Source: Gammaproteobacteria bacterium (GTDB lineage Bacteria > Pseudomonadota > Gammaproteobacteria > GCA-001735895). From it: DNA of 64,000 bases. Positions 30,666-40,350 of the stretch are shown piece after piece. Position 1 is the first letter of the stretch. Each line of letters opens with the position of its first letter. Location of the stretch: the NCBI GenBank assembly GCA_050298595.1, contig JBNKUM010000056.1:1-64000 (forward strand), given 5' to 3'. The position numbers and the translations under genes are program-made. The notes beneath the pieces were generated by a model. It saw only the letters and a list, made by a program, of their open reading frames with translations. It had not been told where the DNA came from and ran no database searches.

Positions 30666-32216
30666 ATGCCGATCAAACATCCCCGCCTGAAATTGACCCG
30701 ACTAACCGATGCGCTGCAGGTGTGGGCAGGCGAGATCGCGTCGGACGATCTGTACGAAATCTGTCAGCAGGTGCGCGACAGTGGCGGCAGGCTGGTGGCG
30801 TTGTGGGGCAGTGATGCAAGACAGGAAAATATGGGCTTCAAGCTGCACGTGGTGCTGATCAACGAAATCGGTGTGGTTTGTTTGAATGTGCAACTGTCGG
30901 CAGAGCAGCCTGTATATCCCGATGTTAGCCGGATATTCCCGGCGGCTAATCGCATGCAGCGCGCCGCCTACGACCTGCTCGGTATCTATGCTCAGGAAGG
31001 CCAGGATCATCGCAAATGGCTGCGCCACGGTGCATGGAGCAGCGGCAGTTTCCCCTTGCGCAAGGATTTCGATGCGGCAGCGAGCCTGGCGCAAGAACCG
31101 GAAGATTATCCCTTCTTGCAAGTGAAGGGGCAAGGCGTGCACGAGATTCCGGTCGGCCCGGTACATGCGGGCATCATCGAGCCGGGACACTTCCGTTTCT
31201 CTGTTATCGGCGAACGCGTGCTGCGCCTGGAAGAGCATCTGGGCTATGTGCACAAAGGCATAGAAAAACGTTTCGAGAGCATGACTGTGCAGCAGGGCGC
31301 GAAACTGGCCGGACGCGTGAGCGGCGACAGCACTGTGGCCTATGCCTGGGCATACGCGATGGCGGCGGAGAGTATTGCGAAAGTGACACCGCCCGAGCAT
31401 GCATTGTGGATGCGCGCGCTATTGCTAGAGCGCGAACGTGTCGCTAACCACCTCGGCGATCTGGGCTACCTGGGCAACGACGTGGCGCTGTCCTTTGGCT
31501 TTGCCCAATTCTGGATACTCAAGGAACAGATGCTGCGCAACAATGCCTCGCTGTTCGGTCACCGTTACCTGATGGACAAGATCGTACCGGGCGGTGTTAC
31601 CGCAAGCCTTGATGTCGAAGGCAAACACATCATCAAGCAGGAATGCGACATGCTGGAGAAGCAAGTGCGTATTCTGCGCGGCATCTACGAAGAACATGCG
31701 GGGATGCAGGACCGCTTCATTACGACCGGCATCGTCGAGCCGAAACTGGCCGCGCAGCTCGGCCTGTGCGGTCTGGCCGGACGCGCTAGTGCGCAGGCCT
31801 GGGATTCACGGGTACAGTTCGCCTGCGCCCCCTATGACAAGCTGGACGTGCAGATGGCTACCTATCGCAATGGCGATGTCGCCGCGCGCGCCATCGTGCG
31901 TTTCGGCGAACTGTTCGAGTCGTTGCGCTTGCAGCGCGACATCCTGGTTAATTTGATCCACGAAGACGAAGCACCGTCGCTGATCGAGAAACTGCCACCG
32001 AACGGTTTTGGTATCGGCATGGTGGAAGGCTGGCGCGGCGAAGTGATGGTGGGGATTCATACCGATGCCGAGGGCAACCTCACGCGTGTGCATCCGCACG
32101 ATCCGTCCTGGCAAAACTGGCCGTTGCTGGAACACGCCGTTGTCGACGACATCGTGCCAGATTTTCCGCTCATCAATAAATCGTTCAATCTTAGTTATTC
32201 AGGGCAGGATCTCTGA
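30666..32216 (+). CDS. hyfG: Ehr large subunit (NuoCD/HyfG-like) lacking NiFe-binding cysteines
   Basis: GPVHAGIIEPGHF, GYVHKG; RVSGDS replaces RxCGxC and NKSFNLSYSGQDL replaces DPCxxC. Confidence 0.85.
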   Translation: MPIKHPRLKLTRLTDALQVWAGEIASDDLYEICQQVRDSGGRLVALWGSDARQENMGFKLHVVLINEIGVVCLNVQLSAEQPVYPDVSRIFPAANRMQRAAYDLLGIYAQEGQDHRKWLRHGAWSSGSFPLRKDFDAAASLAQEPEDYPFLQVKGQGVHEIPVGPVHAGIIEPGHFRFSVIGERVLRLEEHLGYVHKGIEKRFESMTVQQGAKLAGRVSGDSTVAYAWAYAMAAESIAKVTPPEHALWMRALLLERERVANHLGDLGYLGNDVALSFGFAQFWILKEQMLRNNASLFGHRYLMDKIVPGGVTASLDVEGKHIIKQECDMLEKQVRILRGIYEEHAGMQDRFITTGIVEPKLAAQLGLCGLAGRASAQAWDSRVQFACAPYDKLDVQMATYRNGDVAARAIVRFGELFESLRLQRDILVNLIHEDEAPSLIEKLPPNGFGIGMVEGWRGEVMVGIHTDAEGNLTRVHPHDPSWQNWPLLEHAVVDDIVPDFPLINKSFNLSYSGQDL

Positions 32217-32740
32217 TGTACCAGATACTCAAACAGATTTTCAAAACCGGTATCAAGACCGAAACGCCGCCGCAGGCGGACGAATCCATGCGTGTCGATA
32301 CTCAGCGACTGCAGCAAGCGATACTGGATACTTTCGACGGTGCGATGGCAATCCGCATGGTGGATGCCGGATCGTGCAACGGCTGCGAACTGGAAATTCA
32401 TGCAGTCAACAACGCCTATTACAACATCGAAGGACTGGGCATCAAATTCGTCGCCAGCCCGCGCCATGCCGACCTGCTGCTGGTCACCGGCCCGGTGTCG
32501 CGCCACATGGAAGTTGCGCTCAAACGCACCTACGATGCCACGCCTGAACCCAAGCTAGTGGTTGCCATCGGCGATTGCGGCTGCGACGGCGGCATCTTCG
32601 GCGAAAGCTACGCCAGCTGCGGCAAAGTATCCAACGTCATCCCGGTGGATGTGGCAGTGAGCGGTTGCCCGCCCACACCTACCGCCATTTTGCAGGGTAT
32701 TCTCACGGCAATATCAGCCGGTCATGTCGCAAAAAAATAG
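32216..32740 (+). CDS. hyfI: Ehr small Fe-S subunit (NuoB/HyfI-like)
   Basis: GSCNGCELE, SPRHAD, GDC, GCPP. Confidence 0.87.
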   Translation: MYQILKQIFKTGIKTETPPQADESMRVDTQRLQQAILDTFDGAMAIRMVDAGSCNGCELEIHAVNNAYYNIEGLGIKFVASPRHADLLLVTGPVSRHMEVALKRTYDATPEPKLVVAIGDCGCDGGIFGESYASCGKVSNVIPVDVAVSGCPPTPTAILQGILTAISAGHVAKK

Positions 32741-32865
32741 GTCTGGAAAAGTCAACCCGTAACCCGGAATAGTAGGTTGGAAAAGGAGGAACGACGCCTT
32801 CCAACATTGGCTTGCCTTTGAGTTTGCCAGAGTGCTTGTGTTGTTGATGTTGAATGGCGCTTTGC

Positions 32866-32961
32866 TCGGCTCTGGCTTCCTGCTTCGCTCTACCTCCTGC
32901 ATCCTTGCAGTCGTCGGCAACTGCGTCCTGCGTTGCTCTACTCTCTGACATCCCTGCCAGG
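32866..32961 (-). repeat. Two tandem GGA double-hairpin micro-elements
   Basis: Minus strand: CCTGGCAGGGATGTCAGAGAGTAGAGCAACGCAGGACGCAGTTGCCGA followed by CGACTGCAAGGATGCAGGAGGTAGAGCGAAGCAGGAAGCCAGAGCCGA. Confidence 0.85.
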
Positions 32962-33022
32962 ATTATCCGACCTATATCAAATAGCTCAAAACCCTCTGTG
33001 TCCTCTGTGGTTCAATCTTGCC

Positions 33023-34273
33023 TTAGCAACAAACCCGAGGAATATCCTTCCACGAAGAGGTATAAGCCGGTGACAAACGACTCTGGCGCATGGTCCATTT
33101 GCCGGTCAGTCCTTCGGCACCAAAGGTGAGGGAATCGCGTCCGTAACGTTGATTGATACTATCCACCACCTGCATCAGCTTATCGGTGGTCTGCTTCTGT
33201 CCGGGGGTGAAAAGGTCGTACTGATAAAAACTGCGATCACGGATATCCAGCAGACCAATACCACATTTCATGAATACACTGCCCGGCTGGTAGAGTTGCT
33301 GCATTCCCTGTCGGGCATGATGAATAATCAACGCGCTGTCGCTGCTGGGATAGGGCAGGCGCAGTACCACGCTGTTGCTATAAAAATCGGGCTTGAATTC
33401 AGAGGTATGTGCAAACAGGTAGATGCTGCTGCAGAAGCTATTCTGACTGCGTAGCTTTTCTGCCGCAGCGGCGGCATAGCGACTGATATGGCGCTGCAAT
33501 TCTTCTTCACTGCTGGTTTTGCTACCAAACGAGCGCGTGACAAAGATTTCTTTTTTTGGAGCCGGCTCTTCATCCAGCCCGATACAGGGTTCGCCGTTGA
33601 GTTCACGGATAGTACGTTCAACATTGATATTGGTTTGTTTGCGGATGAAACGTGGGTCGGCCTGCGCCAGCTGGTAGGCATTGTGGATGCCCAGGGCATT
33701 CAGGCGTAAACTCAGGCGCTTGCCTATACCCCAGACCTTGCCGATGGGCAGGCGCTTTTCCAGCCATTGCCATTTAAGCGGGGTATCGAGCACGGCAACA
33801 TTGCTGGTCTTGATATTCTTGGCTGCATGGTTGGCCAGTTTGGTCAGGGTTTTGCTGGGTGCAATCCCCACGCCTACTGGCATGCGTACCTGCTGCCAGA
33901 TAGTTTTTCGGATCTCCCTGCCATACGCTTCCATATCCTGTTTCATGCCTTTTAAATCAAGGAACATTTCATCAATGCTGTACTGTTCGACATGCGGAGA
34001 AAACTCACGCAGTGTCGCCATCACCTGATTAGAGATATCGCCATACAGTCGGAAGTTGGCAGAAAATACCCGTACCTGATGCCGCTTAAGCTGTTTCTCG
34101 ATCTTGAAAAAAGGCTGTAGATCAGGCACGCCCAGCGCCTTGGCCTGCTTGCTGCGTGCGATAATACAGCCATCGTTATTGCTCAACACGATGACCGGTT
34201 TATCGCGTAAATCGGGACGAAAAACCTGTTCGCAGGAAGCGTAGCAGGAATTACAGTCGACCAGTGCCATCAT
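33023..34273 (-). CDS. umuC: Y-family translesion DNA polymerase V subunit UmuC
   Basis: LVDCNSCYASCE, VLSNNDGC, YSIDE, C-terminal LSPAYT. Confidence 0.95.
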   Translation of the reverse strand: MMALVDCNSCYASCEQVFRPDLRDKPVIVLSNNDGCIIARSKQAKALGVPDLQPFFKIEKQLKRHQVRVFSANFRLYGDISNQVMATLREFSPHVEQYSIDEMFLDLKGMKQDMEAYGREIRKTIWQQVRMPVGVGIAPSKTLTKLANHAAKNIKTSNVAVLDTPLKWQWLEKRLPIGKVWGIGKRLSLRLNALGIHNAYQLAQADPRFIRKQTNINVERTIRELNGEPCIGLDEEPAPKKEIFVTRSFGSKTSSEEELQRHISRYAAAAAEKLRSQNSFCSSIYLFAHTSEFKPDFYSNSVVLRLPYPSSDSALIIHHARQGMQQLYQPGSVFMKCGIGLLDIRDRSFYQYDLFTPGQKQTTDKLMQVVDSINQRYGRDSLTFGAEGLTGKWTMRQSRLSPAYTSSWKDIPRVCC

Positions 34274-34288
34274 GATGTCAGGGCTTGC

Positions 34289-34723
34289 TCAGGAATTGCG
34301 CTGGTGGCGTCTGATGCTGTGTGTGACGACGCCCTCGATGATTAACTCCTCCCTGCCAGAGATAGGAATAGGGGGGAAGTTTTCGTTGGCCGACAGCAGC
34401 AATCCACGCCGGGTATCCAGGATCTTGCAGGTCAATTCACCATCCAGCGCAGCCACTACAACCGCACCGTTGCAGTGTTCTGCTGAGCGGTCGATGATCA
34501 GCAGGTCACCGTTTGCAATACCAATATCACGCAATGAATCACCTTCTGCCCAGGCAAAAAAAGTGGCTGAAGGCTTCCTGATCAGGAACTCATTCAGATC
34601 CAGTGCGCGGTCGATAAAATCGTCGGCTGGCGAAGGGAAGCCAGCACGCACACGGCTAGAAAACAGGGGTAATGCAAGTTGCGATAGCTCGCTGTCGGCG
34701 TCGGCAACAGGGATGATGGACAT
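34289..34723 (-). CDS. umuD: DNA polymerase V subunit UmuD (S24 peptidase)
   Basis: AGFPSPA cleavage site, GDS, TCK. Confidence 0.93.
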   Translation of the reverse strand: MSIIPVADADSELSQLALPLFSSRVRAGFPSPADDFIDRALDLNEFLIRKPSATFFAWAEGDSLRDIGIANGDLLIIDRSAEHCNGAVVVAALDGELTCKILDTRRGLLLSANENFPPIPISGREELIIEGVVTHSIRRHQRNS

Positions 34724-34731
34724 AGCTAAAT

Positions 34732-34746
34732 GTTCTCAAAATGTTC
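34732..34746 (-). promoter_or_regulatory. Putative LexA box of the alphaproteobacterial GTTC-N7-GTTC type
   Basis: GTTC-TCAAAAT-GTTC lies 9-23 bp upstream of the umuD start. Confidence 0.6.
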
Positions 34747-34859
34747 TCATTAAGTCTAGTTTGCCTGTGCCTGTAATGCAACCGGGAATGCGATGCACCC
34801 AGCCGCTGACATCAGCTATACTCAAAATGGACTCAAGGATAATAAAAAGATGAAAAAAC

Positions 34860-37286
34860 ATGAAAAAGTATGAACCACTAGCTGCAGAGTCTCTTTATCA
34901 GAGCTGTGATATATCCCAGTTCAAATTTAAAACCACTGCTGAACTGGTACCTCTGGACCAGCCACTAGGACAACAACGCGCACTGGAAGCGATCGAGTTT
35001 GGTGTAGATATCCAGCAAGATGGCTTCAATCTGTTTGTCATTGGCCATACCGGGCTGGGCAAAAACACCCTGGTACAGCAGATACTGGAAAGCCGTGCTC
35101 CCGCCGAGGAATCTCCCTACGACTGGTGTTATGTGAATAATTTCAATCACCCGCAAAATCCTCGTGTGCTCAAATTACCAGCCGGTATGGGTCTACGTCT
35201 GCGCAAGGATATGAAATCTTTGATAGAGGATTTGCTGACGGCCCTGCCATCTTCATTCCAGAGTGAGGAATACACCAATAGTCTGCAGGAAATAGAAGAT
35301 GAAATGCATAATCGCAGGGAACAGGCGTTTCACAAAATCAACCAGAAAGCAGAGCAGGAAGGCATAGGCATAATACGCACTCCCGGTGGTTTCACGCTAG
35401 GGCCTATGGTTAATGGTACGCCACTGAAACATGACGAATATAAGAAGCTACCCGATGCAGAAAAAGATAGAATTGAAAAACTGATTGCCGATCTGCAACT
35501 TGAGCTACAGAGTGTTATTCGTGAAATGCCGCTACTGCAACGCGAGCACCATCAACGGGTCAAGGCGCTGAATCAGGAAATCACCCAGCATACCGTAGAA
35601 CAGCTGATGGCCTGGATCGAACAGGCTTACCGTGAACAACCCGAGGTGATGAAATACCTGGGCGAAGTGAAGCAGCATGCCATTGAAAATGTCGCGGAGT
35701 TGCTACCCAGTGAGAACCACCCTGAGGCAGATAATGTGAGAAGGCGGGTGGAAGATTTCAGTGAATATAGTATCAATGTAATCGTCGATAATACCGATAC
35801 GAAGGGTGCTCCTATCGTATTTGAGGACAATCCCACCTACCAGAATTTGATTGGACGTACCGAATACGTCGCGCATATGGGCACCATGATGACCGATTTC
35901 AGTATGATTAAATCAGGTGCATTGCATCGGGCGAATGGTGGCTACCTGATTCTTGATGCGCATAAGGTACTCACCCATGCCTTTTCCTGGGAAGGATTGA
36001 AACGCGCGCTCAAGTCAGGTGTAATCAGGATACAGTCACTTGAACAGATGCTGGGTCTGGTGAGTTATGTATCACTGGAGCCAGAGCTGTTGCCGTTTAA
36101 TGTCAAGGTGGTACTGACCGGCGAACCGATTCTGTATTACCTGCTGAAGGAGTACGATCACGAGTTTGACCAGTTGTTTAAGGTCGCCGCCGATTTTTCC
36201 AGTTTTACCGAACGTAATGTCGATAATGCTCAATTGTATGCGCGCCTGATTGCCTCCATTCAACAACGGGTGGAAGGCAGAGCATTAAATCGCGATAGCG
36301 TGGGCAGGGTGATTGAACATGCCTCGCGAATGATTGAAGACAGTGAAAAAGTGTCACTGCATGTTGCCAGCATTGAAGACCTGCTGGTCGAGGCCAACTA
36401 CTGGGCGGGTAAGGAGTCCAGTGAGGTTATTCGTTTGCAGGATGTAGAGCAGGCAATCTCCAAACGCCTGTTCCGGCAGGATAAATACCGCGAATATTTT
36501 CAGCAGCAGATTCTCCGTGGCATTAAGCTGATTGATACCGATGAGATGAAAACAGGCCAGATCAATGCGCTGTCGGTACTGCAGATCGGTGATTATATGT
36601 TTGGGCAACCCTCTCGTATCACTGCCACGGCCCGGCTGGGGCGTGGCGGGGTGATAGACATTGAACGCGAGACCAAACTCGGTGGGCAGATTCATTCCAA
36701 AGGGGTGATGATCCTGTCCTCCTACCTGGCCAGCCAGTATGCAGCGGATCAATCCTTACCCTTAGCAGCCAGCCTGGTATTCGAACAGTCCTATGGCATG
36801 GTGGATGGTGACAGTGCCTCGGCAGCCGAATTATGTGCGTTGTTGTCGGCGCTGGGGCGGATTCCGCTAAAACAATCCATGGCTGTGACCGGATCGATCA
36901 ATCAGCTTGGGGAAATACAGGCAATCGGCGGGGTCAATGAAAAAATAGAAGGCTTCTTCGATATCTGTCTGGCACGGGGACTAACTGGCGATCAGGCTGT
37001 CATCATTCCTGCCAGTAATCAGGTACACCTGATGTTACGCGAAGATATTCGACAGATGGTAGAGCAGGGTATGTTTCAAATCTATACTGCGGCACATGTG
37101 GAAGATGTCATGGAATTGTTGAGCGGTTTGCCTGCGGGTAAGCTGAGTAGAGCAGGGAATTATCCCCGCAATAGTTTTAACTATAAGATTCAGCAACGCA
37201 TCAGGCAATTACGCAAACAGGAACAACAATCAAAGAAAGGAAATAGAACCGCCAGCAAAAAATCCAGTAAGAGCAAAAAGCAATGA
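34860..37286 (+). CDS. Lon-like (LonB/S16) ATP-dependent protease
   Basis: GQQRA, GALHRANGGYL, FEQSY..VDGDSAS catalytic Ser, GGVNEKIEG Lys. Confidence 0.88.
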   Translation: MKKYEPLAAESLYQSCDISQFKFKTTAELVPLDQPLGQQRALEAIEFGVDIQQDGFNLFVIGHTGLGKNTLVQQILESRAPAEESPYDWCYVNNFNHPQNPRVLKLPAGMGLRLRKDMKSLIEDLLTALPSSFQSEEYTNSLQEIEDEMHNRREQAFHKINQKAEQEGIGIIRTPGGFTLGPMVNGTPLKHDEYKKLPDAEKDRIEKLIADLQLELQSVIREMPLLQREHHQRVKALNQEITQHTVEQLMAWIEQAYREQPEVMKYLGEVKQHAIENVAELLPSENHPEADNVRRRVEDFSEYSINVIVDNTDTKGAPIVFEDNPTYQNLIGRTEYVAHMGTMMTDFSMIKSGALHRANGGYLILDAHKVLTHAFSWEGLKRALKSGVIRIQSLEQMLGLVSYVSLEPELLPFNVKVVLTGEPILYYLLKEYDHEFDQLFKVAADFSSFTERNVDNAQLYARLIASIQQRVEGRALNRDSVGRVIEHASRMIEDSEKVSLHVASIEDLLVEANYWAGKESSEVIRLQDVEQAISKRLFRQDKYREYFQQQILRGIKLIDTDEMKTGQINALSVLQIGDYMFGQPSRITATARLGRGGVIDIERETKLGGQIHSKGVMILSSYLASQYAADQSLPLAASLVFEQSYGMVDGDSASAAELCALLSALGRIPLKQSMAVTGSINQLGEIQAIGGVNEKIEGFFDICLARGLTGDQAVIIPASNQVHLMLREDIRQMVEQGMFQIYTAAHVEDVMELLSGLPAGKLSRAGNYPRNSFNYKIQQRIRQLRKQEQQSKKGNRTASKKSSKSKKQ

Positions 37287-38047
37287 TCAGCAGACAGGAG
37301 AACGATGGTAAACAGACGGTCATCCTGACAGTCGATGCGATCAGTTACTCCAACAGAACGGTAGACCTGGCGATTGCAATCGCGGCAATTGGTGAGGGAC
37401 ATCTACAGGGTCTGTTTATTGAAGATATTGATCTGTTAAGCGTTGCTGAATTACCGTTTACACGAGAGATATCCTTCCATACTGCACAGGCAAGACCGAC
37501 TGACCTGGAAACGACCCAGAGAACACTGCGTAGCCTTGCTGATAAATTCAGACGCTATCTGGAACAATCGGCACAGGCATCGAAGGTTGCCTGTAGTTAT
37601 GATTACCGGCAGGGGCGGGTGCTGGATATTGGCACAGATGCTGATTCTGACATTAGCTTTATCGTTATTGGTCAGGGGCGGGCGAATAGATTAAAAAGCC
37701 AGGGTCGTCTAAATACACAACGTATACTGGTGATAGAAAATCACTCGCCTTTCCTGCTGCAGGCAGTCAAGGTGGTGCTTAATCAATTGCACAAACAAAA
37801 AGCCGAAATCGCGTTAATAACTCGAGCGCATTTAGAAACAGAACCTTCCATTACTCCGGAAATAGAGGAAATCGCTCAGGCCGATACAAGGGTTACACTA
37901 CATAAATATAGCCACGAGCAGTTGTCAGAGATTCTTGCCACAACGGCCTCTCGTTACGACTATGCCGTGGTATCAAAAAATGAAAGTCTTAAAGACCTGA
38001 CTGAAATTATCAAACATCTGAGTTGCCCGATTATTCTGGTTAACTGA
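37283..38047 (+). CDS. Hypothetical protein, universal-stress-protein-like fold
   Basis: Overlaps the Lon-like gene; GLFIEDIDLL..AELPF and C-terminal CPIILV. Confidence 0.5.
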   Translation: MISRQENDGKQTVILTVDAISYSNRTVDLAIAIAAIGEGHLQGLFIEDIDLLSVAELPFTREISFHTAQARPTDLETTQRTLRSLADKFRRYLEQSAQASKVACSYDYRQGRVLDIGTDADSDISFIVIGQGRANRLKSQGRLNTQRILVIENHSPFLLQAVKVVLNQLHKQKAEIALITRAHLETEPSITPEIEEIAQADTRVTLHKYSHEQLSEILATTASRYDYAVVSKNESLKDLTEIIKHLSCPIILVN

Positions 38048-38056
38048 CTGGCTGGC

Positions 38057-38485
38057 TCAATGTACCCGGTAAGAGGAATGACAGGCGACGCATTGCTGCA
38101 TCACCTCGGATAATGCGCCGAAGGCTTTACCCAGACCGCCCTCAATATCAGCATCACGTGCGCTGAGTGCAAAACGGCTGGCGGCATGGTGCATCTCAGT
38201 ACCGATTGCAGCCATTTCCGGCGGCATGATCTTCGACATATGCGCAGCACCATGCAAGGCCATAGAAGACATGCCCAGTCGAGACTCAGCCACATCGGCT
38301 GCCTGATCGTATTCACCCGAGGCGAGGGATGCCGTGATTTCCTGTAGCGCAGTCAGGTGATCGCGCATATTGCCCAACATGTGGTCTCGCATCATGAGAG
38401 GGAAATCGACTTTGATACGGTCATCAGCCTGTGATGGCAGAGCAAAGCAGGTAATTAGCAGTAAAAAGATAATTCTATTTAGCAT
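38057..38485 (-). CDS. Periplasmic c-type cytochrome (cytochrome c'-like)
   Basis: Signal peptide, helical body, C-terminal CVACH. Confidence 0.8.
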   Translation of the reverse strand: MLNRIIFLLLITCFALPSQADDRIKVDFPLMMRDHMLGNMRDHLTALQEITASLASGEYDQAADVAESRLGMSSMALHGAAHMSKIMPPEMAAIGTEMHHAASRFALSARDADIEGGLGKAFGALSEVMQQCVACHSSYRVH

Positions 38486-38945
38486 GGATAGAGCCTGATT
38501 TAGCGAAAGGTAACAGCTGTAAAGACTACGTTTTCTTTACAGGAGGTTAGTATCACTTATATCTACTTAACTGTCGAATACCTGGAATCAATACTGACAG
38601 TTTATCGGTTTACTCCTACAAGTCTTTCACCTTTGGTTTATCGTATTCGACTTATTATTTAAATCCCCCCCAAATGCTTTTTAAACACCTCGACTGGGAT
38701 GCCGTATTTTCACAGGATACGCATTTCCATCCTCATGACTGGCAAAGTCTTCAGGAATCATTGTTCTGACCATCAGGTTCCTGAATCTAAATTGTTAACC
38801 AAAATAAGAAGGACAATTGTTATGTGAAAAAGAGCGAGTGACCGTAAAGATACGCTACCTGATGAAACACATTTAACTTTCTAATCTGTAGCACTGCTCA
38901 ACTGCATTTTCTATGGTGGATATCTAGCGTTACCATTAGACCAGT

Positions 38946-38974
38946 AAAAGGCCGGGCTAATAGCCCGGCTTTTT
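38946..38974. terminator. Bidirectional Rho-independent terminator
   Basis: AAAAGGCCGGGCTA-A-TAGCCCGGCTTTTT. Confidence 0.8.
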
Positions 38975-38984
38975 GATTCATCTG

Positions 38985-39953
38985 TTATGGCGACCAGGGC
39001 ATCATATCGCGCATGCCTTTCATAGTCGGTGCAACATTGTAGGTCATGATATTCAGGTCTTTGCTCATCTGTGCGATATTACGGTTGAGCTTATCCATGT
39101 TGCCGCTCACCTCTTTGCTCATCTGTGCCATATTATGGTTGAGCTTGTCCATGTTGCCGCTCATCACATTGGTATTGATAGTCATGACATCCATTTTTGT
39201 GGACATGCTCTGCACCGAATTTGTGATGCTATGCAGGTCAGTAGACATGCTGGTCATCGCGGTTTCCATGACACGTACTACGTAAAACATATAGAAAATC
39301 GCAATTATGGCGATGATCATACCGGGGATAGCTATCCAGCGATTTCTACCAGAGGACTGTTCCTGTAATTTACCCAGACGCTCCATCTGTTTGTCCTGAA
39401 TTTTCTTTTGTTCTTCCAGTTGTTTCAGGGTTTGCTCATGGTCCTGCATGATCGATTCACTGAGCGCCTTGATCATGGTCATGTTGCGCTGTTCCAGACT
39501 CTGTGTGCTGTCTTCGGCTTTGCTAAAAGCGCTGCCTATGGTTTCATAGAAGCGTGACATTTCCTGTTCACGTTCACTTTCCTGAACCGTCGTTTGTTGA
39601 ACTACGCTGGCAAAGCCTTTACCGATTTCCTGAACCAGGCCACTGAAATGGCGATCACGGCTCTGATTTTCAGAGCGCATTTCATTGATCAGGGCTTGCA
39701 GGGCTAGCAGGCTTTGTTTTGTGTTGTCTGTTGCGTTTGTATCTGAGTTATTTGTCGAGTTTTGTGCGGTGGATTTTTTTACAGCAGCCTTTTTTACTGT
39801 GTCCGTTTTTTTGTCCGAAACTTTCGCCGTTTCTGCTTTTTCGGGATCAGCTTTTTTAGTTACTGATTTTTTAGCCGCTGCTTTTTTTACTGTGGGTGTG
39901 TCTTCAGGGGATATCTGTTCGGGTTTGTTATCGTCTGATTTATTTCCAGCCAT
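38985..39953 (-). CDS. Hypothetical protein: Lys/Ala-rich N-terminus, coiled coil, one TM helix, Met-rich heptad C-terminus
   Basis: Composition of the translation; internal 18-aa duplication. Confidence 0.7.
   Translation of the reverse strand: MAGNKSDDNKPEQISPEDTPTVKKAAAKKSVTKKADPEKAETAKVSDKKTDTVKKAAVKKSTAQNSTNNSDTNATDNTKQSLLALQALINEMRSENQSRDRHFSGLVQEIGKGFASVVQQTTVQESEREQEMSRFYETIGSAFSKAEDSTQSLEQRNMTMIKALSESIMQDHEQTLKQLEEQKKIQDKQMERLGKLQEQSSGRNRWIAIPGMIIAIIAIFYMFYVVRVMETAMTSMSTDLHSITNSVQSMSTKMDVMTINTNVMSGNMDKLNHNMAQMSKEVSGNMDKLNRNIAQMSKDLNIMTYNVAPTMKGMRDMMPWSP
39058..39163. repeat. 54-bp in-frame tandem duplication
   Basis: SGNMDKLNHNMAQMSKEV / SGNMDKLNRNIAQMSKDL. Confidence 0.8.
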
Positions 39954-40350
39954 AATTCTATACCTGCTTATTTGAGTTTTTGCTACGTGACTCTGTGCTA
40001 ACTGGAGTCAATCAATATAAGCAAATGATTATATTCTGATTTAAAAAAATTTCTATGACATTGTTCCTATTGAAGAGCTTTTACGCTGAATCCTTGCATG
40101 CAAATAGCTAGCTGATAAACTGATATGTCATGTCTACGCAACACCAGCCACAAAGACAACGGCACTAGATATCACGAAAGGTGCTGGCTGAGATTGGTGA
40201 TGGGCATGATTTTTCTGAAATGAAAAAAAAACGAAAAACCCTGATTGAGTGTAATCACGCCAGTAAATGAATCAGTTAGCTTGATAACTGTCACTATTGC
40301 CCCCATCTCAGATTCTTATTTGACCTTAACTAACCTGTAAGCCATCCATT

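Noticed and set aside
30666-32216. Functional [NiFe]-hydrogenase large subunit
   Set aside because: Both Ni-ligating CxxC motifs are absent.
25443-32772. Many long alternative-frame and antisense ORFs in the Ehr operon
   Set aside because: Shadow ORFs expected from GC-rich codon usage; no recognisable motifs.
32991-33019. CTCTGTGTCCTCTGTGG short REP-like repeat
   Set aside because: Single short occurrence; could be a repeat remnant but cannot be supported from this window.
32703-33129. ORFs 32703-32951, 32714-32920 and 32854-33129
   Set aside because: They are translations of the micro-element repeats (e.g. DAGGRAKQEARAE) or are antisense to umuC.
40140-40205. Possible riboswitch upstream of pepN
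   Set aside because: Only short stems (CAGCC/GGCTG); no consensus of any riboswitch class I can recognise.
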